Below are positions 1-8,324 of a stretch of 40,218 nucleotides of DNA, piece by piece. The translations under genes were made by a program, and so were the position numbers. The notes under the pieces are model-generated. The model was not told the DNA's origin, searched no databases, and saw only the letters and a program-made list of their open reading frames with translations. The first letter of the stretch is position 1. Each line of letters opens with the position of its first letter. The stretch is from Ktedonobacterales bacterium (GTDB taxonomy: Bacteria > Chloroflexota > Ktedonobacteria > Ktedonobacterales > JADMIN01): assembly GCA_025936795.1 (NCBI GenBank), contig JAICSR010000002.1, positions 1 to 40,218 on the forward strand, in the 5' to 3' direction.

Positions 1-909
1 GTGCAGATCGAGATTCAGGGCGCGTTCGCGCTCTTCGACCGCATCTTTGAGTATCTGGACCTGAAGAACGACCTCACGCAGAAGCCGGACGCTGTGGCGC
101 TCGATCCTCATACGACGCGTGGCGAGGTCGAGATGGATCATGTGACCTTCAGCTATCGCGCCGACCTGGAGCGCCCGACGCTCGATAATGTGTCGTTCAC
201 GATGCGTCCCGGCACGCTGACAGCGCTGGTGGGGCCGAGTGGCGCTGGCAAGACGACGATTACCTATTTGCTGCCACGGCTCTACGATGTCGAGAGTGGC
301 GCTGTCCGGATTGATGGCCACGACGTGCGCGACCTGACGCTGGAGAGCATCGGCGCAAGCATCGGCGTGGTGACGCAGGAGACCTATCTGTTCCACTCGA
401 CCGTCCGCGAGAACCTGCTCTATGGTCGACCTGATGCGGCGGATGAGGAACTGGTCGCCGCTGCGAAAGCCGCCGCCATTCACGACCGCATCATGGAACT
501 CTCGGAGGGCTATGACACGGTGGTTGGTGAGCGCGGGTACAAGCTCTCCGGCGGTGAGAAGCAGCGCATCGCCATTGCGCGAGTGATTCTGAAGGACCCG
601 CGCATCCTGATCCTCGACGAGGCGACCAGCGCGCTGGATACGCACTCTGAGCGGCTGATTCAAGCGGCGCTCGACCGGGCGATGCAGGGGCGCACAACCA
701 TCGCCATCGCGCACCGCCTCTCGACGATTCTGGCGGCGGATCAGATTCTGGTGGTGGACCACGGGCAGATCGTGGAGCGCGGCACGCATGCGGAACTGCT
801 GGAGCGCGATGGGCTGTATGCGCGGCTCTACAATGAGCAGTTCGCCAGCGCCGCCGAGGTGGCCGAACTGAGCGAGATGGAGCAGCTAGCTGCCGCCGTC
901 AACGAGTAG
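1..909 (+). CDS. ABC transporter ATP-binding domain, the C-terminal part of a fused permease-ATPase exporter (MsbA/ABCB-like). The 5' end lies outside the window.
   Basis: The frame is open from base 1. It carries Walker [13 protein letters not shown] signature LSGGEKQR, Walker [13 protein letters not shown] and H-loop IAHRL. Stop codon at 907-909. Confidence 0.9.
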   Translation: MQIEIQGAFALFDRIFEYLDLKNDLTQKPDAVALDPHTTRGEVEMDHVTFSYRADLERPTLDNVSFTMRPGTLTALVGPSGAGKTTITYLLPRLYDVESGAVRIDGHDVRDLTLESIGASIGVVTQETYLFHSTVRENLLYGRPDAADEELVAAAKAAAIHDRIMELSEGYDTVVGERGYKLSGGEKQRIAIARVILKDPRILILDEATSALDTHSERLIQAALDRAMQGRTTIAIAHRLSTILAADQILVVDHGQIVERGTHAELLERDGLYARLYNEQFASAAEVAELSEMEQLAAAVNE

Positions 910-915
910 GCGCGT

Positions 916-1004
916 CCTCACTCCCTGGCCCCCGCTCCCGCGAGGAGAGAGGGAACCCGCTTGCTCCCCTCTCCCGCACAGCGGGGGAGGGGCTGGGGGA
1001 GGGG
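916..1004 (+). repeat. GC-rich bipartite palindromic intergenic repeat (REP-like), copy 1
   Basis: Lies directly 3' of the ABC gene stop. It has a 12-bp stem, cccctctcccgc (966-977) pairing with gcgggggagggg (981-992, one G-U pair), and a 3-nt loop. About 90 nt align by eye with the reverse complement of 19372-19461. Confidence 0.7.
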
Positions 1005-1084
1005 GCAGGCGCGCCGCTCACGACGGGCCTGGATTCGATAGTACTGACCTCGACAAAGAGTAGTGAACCTGATAAACAGAAGCA

Positions 1085-1768
1085 ATGAGCGAAGCAGAAC
1101 TATCCAGATTGAGCAACGGGAGAAACACGGAGAAACACATGGACGAACGAGACGAACGAGACGCGCCAGATGTGAGTGATGGTCCCTTGCTCAGGAGGCA
1201 AGCCGTGGGCGGGAAACCCGCGCATACGGAATCGAAGGAGGACATGGGAGCCGGGTCGGAATCGGCGCCGCGCCTCCAACTCCCCATGCCAGACGTTCAG
1301 TTGGTCCGGCTCGATCACGCTCCAGCCCTGCTTGCGTTCGAGCGGGAGAATCGGGCCTACTTCGCGGCGTCGGTTCCGGATCGGGGGGACGAGTTCTTCG
1401 CCGAATTCGACACGCGACATGCGCAACTGCTCGAGAGGCAAGCTGCCGGGACGGATTACTTCCACCTGCTGGTGGCCGTGGGTGGCGAGGTGCTGGGGCG
1501 GGTGAACCTGTTTGAAGTGGCAGACGGGTCGGCGGAACTCGGGTACCGCATCGCGCAGAAGGCCGCAGGGCAGGGACTAGCCACAGCGGCGGTGCGCAAG
1601 GTGCGTGAGCTCGCCGCCACAGAGTACGGGCTCACCAGGCTGCGCGCGAGAGTCAAGGTTGACAATCCGGCCTCGCGCATGGTGCTTGAACACAACGGAT
1701 TCGTCGCCATCGGTGAGCTTACGCTCAATGGCAAGCCAGCCAAATCCTACATCTGCGAGCTCCGGTGA
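1085..1768 (+). CDS. GNAT family N-acetyltransferase (RimJ/RimL-like)
   Basis: 227-codon ORF. The C-terminal ~160 aa have a GNAT layout (GRVNLFEV, AELGYRIAQKAAGQGLATAAV, NPASRMVLEHNGF). The start is uncertain. In-frame ATGs occur at 1085, 1139 (GGAGA 5 nt upstream), 1244 and 1286. Confidence 0.75.
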   Translation: MSEAELSRLSNGRNTEKHMDERDERDAPDVSDGPLLRRQAVGGKPAHTESKEDMGAGSESAPRLQLPMPDVQLVRLDHAPALLAFERENRAYFAASVPDRGDEFFAEFDTRHAQLLERQAAGTDYFHLLVAVGGEVLGRVNLFEVADGSAELGYRIAQKAAGQGLATAAVRKVRELAATEYGLTRLRARVKVDNPASRMVLEHNGFVAIGELTLNGKPAKSYICELR

Positions 1769-1918
1769 CGAAGCAAAAATGGCGGGGAAGGTTCATCGCT
1801 GCATCTCTTTCTCTTCTGTTCCTAACGCATGAGTAAAACAGCGTTGAAGGCTCTCTCTCCGATGGCGTTCGTTCGCGCGCACCAGTTCTTGGCCTACATG
1901 AACGTGAATCCGTGAATC

Positions 1919-2914
1919 TTAGAAGAGCATCGGAGAGACCCAGCTATAGACGTTGGGTCGTTCTGTTGTGCGCTCGGCGTGCGCGTCACTGCTGCTCGCT
2001 GGCGGCGGTTCGGCGCTGGCTAGCGAGAGGCGCATGACGAGGTCGTCGTCGGTCGGGGGCGCGCCGATCTGCGTGAAGAAGGCTCGGGCTGCTGGCGTGT
2101 CGCCGCAACTGGCGATCAGCTGGCTGGCCCTGCTGGCGAACGCGGCTGGCTGGCGTTCGCGCTCGGCCCCGCAGGCGGCCAGCGTCAAGGTGGCGGCTAC
2201 GGCGTCATTCGGCGCGACGAGCGGCCCGATGCGGATGCCGACGATGGGCGATTCCATGCGACGAGCGAGCGCATAGCCCAGCGGATGCTGCGAGGCGTCG
2301 CGGCTGTCATGCGCGACGTAGAGTGTGAACACGTCCTGTTCCGCAAGCGCGTGGAGCAGGCCCAGTCGGTCGCCGCCGAACGCTTCCCAGTCGAGCGCGG
2401 CGATGCCGGGCAGCGCATCGAGTGGCGTTGCATTGGCGACCATTGCTCCGGACAGCGCAGTCAGGCGCTCGTAGTGGAGATCGCGCAAGGGCGCTTGCAC
2501 ATACCATGAGGCCGCGACATCCGTGAATCCCAGCGTGCGATAGAGTGGGCGGCCCACTGGGGTGGCGTCGAGCGAGATGGCGCGCACGCCCTGGGCGCGC
2601 TGCCAGGCGATAGCGTGCGTGGTCAGCAGCCTGGCCAGCCCGCGCCGCTGAAACTCTGGGCGCACGGCGACATTGCCGATGACGCCGACCGGTCCGGCGG
2701 CGATGGCGCTGGTGGTTGCGACGGGAGTTCGTGCCGTGGCTCCGCGCGCAGGAGCGAGCGCGCCCGCGCGAATGACGAAGATGCGGCCATGCTCCCAGGT
2801 GAGTGTGGCTTTGAGCAGGGGATCGCTGCGATTCCAGTCCATCGCGGCGCGCAGGCGTGCGAGCGCTTCGAGGTCCGCGAGGGTCGCTCGCTCGATCTGG
2901 GGCGCTGCGATCAC
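1919..2914 (-). CDS. Two-domain GNAT acetyltransferase (N-terminal GNAT plus a C-terminal domain of about 130 aa)
   Basis: The ORF spans 1919-2944. It has GNAT motif A, GNVAVRPEFQRRGLARLL. The start is placed at GTG 2914 because GAGGAGG lies 5 nt upstream on the minus strand. TTG 2944 is the longest alternative. Confidence 0.7.
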   Translation of the reverse strand: MIAAPQIERATLADLEALARLRAAMDWNRSDPLLKATLTWEHGRIFVIRAGALAPARGATARTPVATTSAIAAGPVGVIGNVAVRPEFQRRGLARLLTTHAIAWQRAQGVRAISLDATPVGRPLYRTLGFTDVAASWYVQAPLRDLHYERLTALSGAMVANATPLDALPGIAALDWEAFGGDRLGLLHALAEQDVFTLYVAHDSRDASQHPLGYALARRMESPIVGIRIGPLVAPNDAVAATLTLAACGAERERQPAAFASRASQLIASCGDTPAARAFFTQIGAPPTDDDLVMRLSLASAEPPPASSSDAHAERTTERPNVYSWVSPMLF

Positions 2915-3113
2915 TGATTCCTCCTCTGGATAGGCGCGCGCCAAGTATGAGATGCTGCGGGCTGACCTGATGCTATGCGCGCCCCGGCGTCATCTGGCGG
3001 GCTGAGAAGCTTGCTCTCCTCCATGTTATACCATCGCACAGATGGGTTTCGCAGCGGTCTGTCTGGAGGGCGGAAACGGCGATAGAATCAAGCTTCACGG
3101 CCTGTTTCTTCGT

Positions 3114-3143
3114 TTGACAGTCTTTCGGAAGCCATGTTACAGT
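3114..3143 (+). promoter_or_regulatory. Candidate sigma-70-type promoter for the nuo operon
   Basis: A perfect TTGACA (3114-3119) is followed by an 18-nt spacer and TACAGT (3138-3143), which is preceded by TGT (extended -10). It lies about 80 nt upstream of the nuoA ATG. The nuoA RBS GGGAGG is at 3210-3215. Confidence 0.45.
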
Positions 3144-3224
3144 ATCAGATGGTACTCACGTTGAGAGACGGTGGCGACTCACAGCGCAACATGTGCTTAA
3201 GGTCGCAGCGGGAGGCGTTCAGGC

Positions 3225-3578
3225 ATGCCAGAATCTCTACCAGCGCTCATCTTGCTTGGGCTAGCGCTCCTGTTTGGCGCGGCGACCATCGGCGCGACCT
3301 TCGTGCTGGGTCCCAAGCGCCCGACGCCAGAAAAGCTGGCCCCATACGAGTGCGGCATCGAGGAGATCGAGGCGCCGAGGCAGCGCTTCCCGGTGAAGTA
3401 TCTCGTCACGGGCATGCTCTTTATCATCTTCGATGTCGAGGCGGCGTCGGTGCTGCCGCTGGCGATTCTGATGCGCCGGTTGCAGGGGTTGGGCTTCATC
3501 GAGCTGCTGGTGTTCGCGCTGATCCTGGCTGTGCCGTTCATCTATATCTGGCGTAAGGGAGCCTTTTCATGGGAGTAG
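3225..3578 (+). CDS. nuoA: NADH-quinone oxidoreductase subunit A
   Basis: 117 aa with three hydrophobic spans and the PYECG motif ([10 protein letters not shown]). First gene of the canonical nuo order. Confidence 0.93.
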   Translation: MPESLPALILLGLALLFGAATIGATFVLGPKRPTPEKLAPYECGIEEIEAPRQRFPVKYLVTGMLFIIFDVEAASVLPLAILMRRLQGLGFIELLVFALILAVPFIYIWRKGAFSWE

Positions 3579-4192
3579 AGCCGGAAGCGGAGCCGACGGC
3601 GGAGACGCCGCGCGTGAATCCGTGGGCGCCTGTGCAGTATTACAGCAACACGCAAGCTCCCCGTCTGCCGCGCGGGCTTTCGCAGCCTGAGGGCGGCAAT
3701 GTGCTGCTGACACAGGTGAACAAGCTGATTGACTGGGGGCGAAGCTCCTCGCTGTGGCCAGCGACCTTCGGCCTGGCCTGCTGCGCCATCGAGATGATGT
3801 CGGCCAGCGCGTCGCGCTGGGACATCTCGCGATTCGGCGCCGAGGTGTTTCGCGCCAGCCCGCGCCAGGCTGATCTGATGATCGTGGCGGGGCGGCTCTC
3901 GGTCAAGATGGCTCCGGTGCTGCGGCGCATCTATGACCAGATGCCGGAGCCAAAGTGGGTCATCTCGATGGGCGCGTGCGCGTCGTGTGGCGGCGTCTTC
4001 AACAACTACGCGATTGTCCAGGGTGTGGACAAGATCGTACCAGTTGACGTGTATGTGCCCGGCTGCCCGCCAACGCCCGATATGCTGCTGCAGGGCCTCA
4101 ATCTGCTGCAAGACAAGATTCGCAATCACATTCCCAATCCGCCCGACCCGCTGGACTTCGCGGTGTCTCGCTACCTTGGTAGCGAAGACTAG
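3569..4192 (+). CDS. nuoB: NADH-quinone oxidoreductase subunit B
   Basis: Cluster N2 ligand motifs [18 protein letters not shown] and VPGCPP. Overlaps nuoA by 10 nt. AAGGGAG lies 7 nt upstream of the ATG. Confidence 0.95.
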   Translation: MGVEPEAEPTAETPRVNPWAPVQYYSNTQAPRLPRGLSQPEGGNVLLTQVNKLIDWGRSSSLWPATFGLACCAIEMMSASASRWDISRFGAEVFRASPRQADLMIVAGRLSVKMAPVLRRIYDQMPEPKWVISMGACASCGGVFNNYAIVQGVDKIVPVDVYVPGCPPTPDMLLQGLNLLQDKIRNHIPNPPDPLDFAVSRYLGSED

Positions 4193-4232
4193 GCGCGCGG
4201 AGTGATCGGTCGAGAGGAGACAGGCGGAGGAT

Positions 4233-4889
4233 ATGGCAGACCAGACACAGCTCGAGAACGCCCGCCCACTCGCGACGCCAGTGAATCCGCTGGCGGAGGC
4301 GACGGTGGCGCTGCTAACCGATCGCTTTGGCGCCAGTGTGCGCTCGGTGGTGGAGCATCGCGGTGAGACGACGGTGCTCCTCGCTCCGACGGCGCTTGTC
4401 GCGGCATGCCAGGCGCTGCGCGATGCGCCGACCCTGCGCTACTCGCTGCTAGAGGACATTACAGCTGTGGACTGGCCGGAGCGCGAACCACGCTACGACA
4501 TCATCTATCAGCTTGTCTCCATCGAGACGCGCGCCTCCATCCGGCTGAAAGCGCAGATAGGCGGCGAGGATGATCCCGACCCGGAGATTGCCTCGGTGAT
4601 GGGCGTCTGGCCTGCGGCGGACTGGTTCGAGCTGGAGATTTTCGACCTGTTTGGCATTCGCTTTACGGGCAGAGACGATCTGCGACGCCTCCTGATGCCG
4701 ACGGACTGGGCGGGACACCCGCTGCGTAAAGACTACCCGCTCACTGGTTTCGCGCTGCCCGACCCGCACTGGGGCGGCCAGACGCCGCTCGATCAGCCAT
4801 TGCCGCCGGGGATTGGGCAGTTGACGCTGCGCACCTCCGATGGGTCGGAGCAGCCCAATCTCAACCGACGCAGTGAGGGTGATCGCTGA
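4233..4889 (+). CDS. nuoC: NADH-quinone oxidoreductase subunit C (30 kDa)
   Basis: Motifs DWFELEIFDLFGIRF and HPLRKDYPL. RBS GGAGG upstream. Confidence 0.93.
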   Translation: MADQTQLENARPLATPVNPLAEATVALLTDRFGASVRSVVEHRGETTVLLAPTALVAACQALRDAPTLRYSLLEDITAVDWPEREPRYDIIYQLVSIETRASIRLKAQIGGEDDPDPEIASVMGVWPAADWFELEIFDLFGIRFTGRDDLRRLLMPTDWAGHPLRKDYPLTGFALPDPHWGGQTPLDQPLPPGIGQLTLRTSDGSEQPNLNRRSEGDR

Positions 4890-4955
4890 GCGCGACTGAG
4901 CGAACGACTGAGCAGTACTCGAACGGTGTTACACCGCTGGTAAGGTGAAGAAGAG

Positions 4956-6194
4956 ATGCAGCTAGAGGACTCAGCGCGACCCGCCGCGCTCGATGTCGAA
5001 GAGAGCGTGCGCCTGGACGAGCGGACGCGCCGCGACACCATGACGATCAACATGGGGCCGCAGCATCCGTCTACGCATGGCGTGCTGCGGCTGATTCTGA
5101 CCCTGGACGGCGAAACCATCGTCAAGGCTGTGCCAGACATCGGCTATCTGCATACCGGCATCGAGAAGACCGCCGAGGCGAAAAGCTACTTCAAGGCGCT
5201 GGTGCTGACCGACCGCATGGACTACTTGGCGCCGCTGGCGAATAACTACGGCTACTCACTCGCGGTCGAGAAGCTGCTGGGCATTGATGTTCCAGCGAAA
5301 GCGCGCGTTGCCCGCATCGCGCTGGTGGAGTTGCAGCGCATCGCGAGCCATCTGGTCTGGCTGGGGTCGAGCGCGCTCGATCTGGGCGCGCAGAGCGTCT
5401 TCCTCTACTGTTTCCGCGAGCGCGAGCTGATTCTCGACATCTTCGAGCTATGCTCTGGCGTGCGGATGATGACGAGTTACATCATGCCTGGTGGCTTGCA
5501 GGCTGATCTGCCACCAGGGTTCGACGCCAAGGTGCGCGCGTTCCTCGAACTGTTCCCCAAGCGGCTGAGCGAGTACCACGATCTGCTGACCAACAATCGC
5601 CTGTGGATTGATCGCACGAAGGGGATCGCGCCGATCTCGGCTGCTGACGCGGTGGCGTTTGGATGCAGCGGACCAACCCTGCGCGGCAGCGGCGTCGTCT
5701 ACGACGTGCGCAAAGCCTTCCCCTATGGCGGCTATGAGCAGTTCGACTTCGACATCCCCGTCGGCTCGAATGGCGATGTCTATGATCGCTATCTGATTCG
5801 CATGCTGGAGATGGAGCAGAGCCTGCGCATCATCCGGCAGGCGATGGACGCGCTGCCAGCGGGGCCGTGGCAGGTGGCTGACCATAAGATCGTGCCGCCG
5901 CCGAAGTATGAAGTCTCGTCGAACATGGAGGCGCTGATCCACCACTTCAAGCTCTACACGGAGGGCTATCGGCCACCGGCTGGCGAGGTCTACGTGCGCA
6001 CGGAGTCACCCAAGGGTGAGCTTGGCTTCTACGTTGTCAGCGATGGCTCCGCAAAACCCTATCGCATGCATGTGCGGGCGCCGTCCTTCGCCAACTTGCA
6101 GGCGCTGCCGAAGATGGTGGAGGGGATGCTGCTCGCCGACGTGGTAGCGGCGATCGGCAGCATTGATATCGTGCTGGGAGAGGTAGATCGCTGA
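4956..6194 (+). CDS. nuoD: NADH-quinone oxidoreductase subunit D (49 kDa)
   Basis: Motifs NMGPQHPSTHGVLRL and IGYLHTGIEK, with the C-terminal DIVLGEVDR. Confidence 0.96.
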   Translation: MQLEDSARPAALDVEESVRLDERTRRDTMTINMGPQHPSTHGVLRLILTLDGETIVKAVPDIGYLHTGIEKTAEAKSYFKALVLTDRMDYLAPLANNYGYSLAVEKLLGIDVPAKARVARIALVELQRIASHLVWLGSSALDLGAQSVFLYCFRERELILDIFELCSGVRMMTSYIMPGGLQADLPPGFDAKVRAFLELFPKRLSEYHDLLTNNRLWIDRTKGIAPISAADAVAFGCSGPTLRGSGVVYDVRKAFPYGGYEQFDFDIPVGSNGDVYDRYLIRMLEMEQSLRIIRQAMDALPAGPWQVADHKIVPPPKYEVSSNMEALIHHFKLYTEGYRPPAGEVYVRTESPKGELGFYVVSDGSAKPYRMHVRAPSFANLQALPKMVEGMLLADVVAAIGSIDIVLGEVDR

Positions 6195-6793
6195 TGGTGA
6201 GCGAAGCGTTGAAGGCGCAGATGCGCGAGACGGTAGCGCGCTACCCGCTGGCCCGCTCGGCGATGTTGCCCTGCCTGCATCTGGCGCAAGATGAGCTTGG
6301 CTATCTGCCTGACGAGGCGATTGTCGCGGTGGCCGAGGCGATTGGTGTCAAGTCCGACGAGGTGGAGTCAGTTGTCACCTTCTACTCGATGTTCCATCAG
6401 GAGCCGAAGGGCAGGCATGTCATCAAGGTATGCGCCAGCGTGTCGTGCTATCTGATGGGCTGCGACGCCGTGATAGATCGCCTGGAGCGCAGGCTGGGCG
6501 TGCGGCGCGGCGAGACGACGCCGGATGGGCGCTTCACGCTAGAGGCGGTGGAGTGCCTAGCGGCGTGCGGCATGGCGCCAGCGCTTCAGGTGAATGGCGA
6601 GTTTGTCGAGCAGGTGTCGCCGGAGCGCGCTGAACGGCTCGTCACCTTCCTGGAGGAGGGCGGCGACATGGCGCAGGTGCGCAACTACTGGCGGCAGTTC
6701 AGCGATGGCGCGGGCATGGCGACCGAGACAGAGATTGGCGTCACGACTGAGGCGAGCGACAACGGCGTATCCAACACGAAGAAGGTCCGGTAG
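6194..6793 (+). CDS. nuoE: NADH-quinone oxidoreductase subunit E (24 kDa, 2Fe-2S)
   Basis: Four-Cys pattern VCASVSCYLMGC ... ECLAACGMAP. The ATG overlaps the nuoD stop (TGATG). About 40 aa of hydrophilic C-terminal tail. Confidence 0.93.
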   Translation: MVSEALKAQMRETVARYPLARSAMLPCLHLAQDELGYLPDEAIVAVAEAIGVKSDEVESVVTFYSMFHQEPKGRHVIKVCASVSCYLMGCDAVIDRLERRLGVRRGETTPDGRFTLEAVECLAACGMAPALQVNGEFVEQVSPERAERLVTFLEEGGDMAQVRNYWRQFSDGAGMATETEIGVTTEASDNGVSNTKKVR

Positions 6794-6796
6794 ATC

Positions 6797-8158
6797 ATGG
6801 CCGATTCCACAGAGACGCAGACCGAACGGGCGCCGCTGCCACTTGGCCCCAATCCGCGCTTCATCACCGAAAACTTCGAGGTTCCGGGGATAGACCAGAT
6901 CGAGGTCTATCGGGCGCATGGCGGCTATGAGGCGCTGGCGAAGGCGCTGAAGTCGTTCCAGCCCGATGAATTGGTCGAGGAAGTCAAGAAGTCGGGGCTG
7001 CGCGGGCGTGGCGGCGCGGGATTCGCGACAGGGCTGAAGTGGAGCTTTCTGCCGAAGGAAAGCCCGAAGCCACGCTATCTCTGCGTCAACGGCGACGAGA
7101 GCGAGCCAGGCACCTTCAAGGACCGCATGATTATGGAGGTCAGCCCGCATCTGCTGGTCGAGGGCGTCATCATCGCATCCTACGCGACGAAGGTTCACCA
7201 CGCCTTCATCTACGTGCGCGGCGAACTGCTGAAGGCTGGCTTGCAGGTGGAGCGCGCAGTGCGCGAGGCGGTTGAGGCTGGCTTCATCGGCAAGGACATC
7301 CTCGGCAGCGGCTTCGATCTGGCGATCACCGTGCATCACGGCGCCGGGGCATACATCTGCGGCGAGGAGAGCGCGCTGCTGGAGTCGCTGGAGGGCAAGC
7401 GCGGCTATCCGCGACTCAAGCCGCCATTCCCGGCGGTCGTGGGCCTTTATAGCGGCCCGACCGTCATCAACAATGTGGAGACCCTCGCGGCGCTGCCAGC
7501 GATTGCGCGGTATGGCGCAGACGCCTACGCGGCGTATGGCACGGAGAAGAGCAAAGGCACTCGCGTCTACTGCCTGAGCGGGCATGTCAATCGACCGGGC
7601 AACTATGAGGCGCCGCTAGGCTTGTCGCTACGTACGTTGATCGAAGACCTCGGCGGCGGCATGCGCGACGGACGAGCAGTCAAGGCGATCATCCCTGGTG
7701 GGTCGTCGTCGCCGATGTTGGGCGCAGACAAGCTCGACCTCCCGCTGGACTACGAGGCGGTAGCGGCGGCTGGCTCGATGCTCGGCTCGGCGGGTGTGAT
7801 CGTGGTGGATGACCAGACCTGCATCGTCGGCGCGACGCTGCGCATGTCGGAGTTCTATCGCGATGAGTCGTGCGGCAAGTGCACGCCCTGCCGTGAAGGG
7901 ACGTTCTGGCTGGTGCAATTGGTGGAGCGCCTGGAAGCGGGCGAGGGCCGCGAGAGCGACATCGACCTGCTGTTGGACATCTGTGACAACATGTTTGGCA
8001 AGTGCTTCTGCCCGCTGGGTGATGCGGCGACCTCGTGCATTGTCAGCAGCATCAAGCTCTTCCGCGACGAGTATATCCATCATGTGCGCGAGCATGCGTG
8101 CCTGGTGGGGCCAGGCGCCACGCGCGCCCACGCGACGGCGGAGGCGCACGCGCGCTAA
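6797..8158 (+). CDS. nuoF: NADH-quinone oxidoreductase subunit F (51 kDa, FMN/NADH site, 4Fe-4S)
   Basis: Motifs GLRGRGGAGFATGLKW and ESCGKCTPCREG. Confidence 0.96.
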   Translation: MADSTETQTERAPLPLGPNPRFITENFEVPGIDQIEVYRAHGGYEALAKALKSFQPDELVEEVKKSGLRGRGGAGFATGLKWSFLPKESPKPRYLCVNGDESEPGTFKDRMIMEVSPHLLVEGVIIASYATKVHHAFIYVRGELLKAGLQVERAVREAVEAGFIGKDILGSGFDLAITVHHGAGAYICGEESALLESLEGKRGYPRLKPPFPAVVGLYSGPTVINNVETLAALPAIARYGADAYAAYGTEKSKGTRVYCLSGHVNRPGNYEAPLGLSLRTLIEDLGGGMRDGRAVKAIIPGGSSSPMLGADKLDLPLDYEAVAAAGSMLGSAGVIVVDDQTCIVGATLRMSEFYRDESCGKCTPCREGTFWLVQLVERLEAGEGRESDIDLLLDICDNMFGKCFCPLGDAATSCIVSSIKLFRDEYIHHVREHACLVGPGATRAHATAEAHAR

Positions 8159-8324
8159 TCGGCGCACATCAGACGCTGATCTGGCGGCGGTGTGACCACC
8201 CCGGCGGCCAGGGCGTCTGGCTGTGAGGGGCGCCGAACCCTTCACAGGCGGCCACGACGAGGCAGGCAAGAGAGCAGCAAGGCAAGGCGATCACACGGCG
8301 CTAGTTGGGCGAGAAAGCGAATTC

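Noticed and set aside
1142-1159. Direct duplication gacgaacga x2 near the 5' end of the first GNAT ORF
   Set aside because: It encodes DERDERD in a probably untranslated or dispensable N-terminal extension. It matters only for start-codon choice.
4886-4914. Three CTGAGC(G/A) words around and after the nuoC stop
   Set aside because: These are short and irregularly spaced (10 and 12 nt). They merely supply TGA stops in two frames, and no pairing or known motif is evident.
6557-7585. 342-aa ORF antisense to nuoF. Similar long antisense ORFs lie at 8394-9383 (opposite nuoG), 14559-15389 (opposite nuoL) and 24628-25491 (opposite ftsY).
   Set aside because: Each lies entirely opposite a strongly conserved gene and is Arg/Ala/Leu/His-rich with no recognisable motif. 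Long stop-free reverse frames are expected in DNA this GC-rich, so I treat them as artefacts.
8223-8324. Upstream extensions of ORF-track frames for nuoG (8223), nuoH (10583), nuoJ (12432), nuoK (12830), dnaA (32319) and the PLD gene (38091)
   Set aside because: In each case the conserved N-terminus begins at an internal ATG or GTG with an RBS. The extension either overlaps the preceding gene or adds non-homologous residues.
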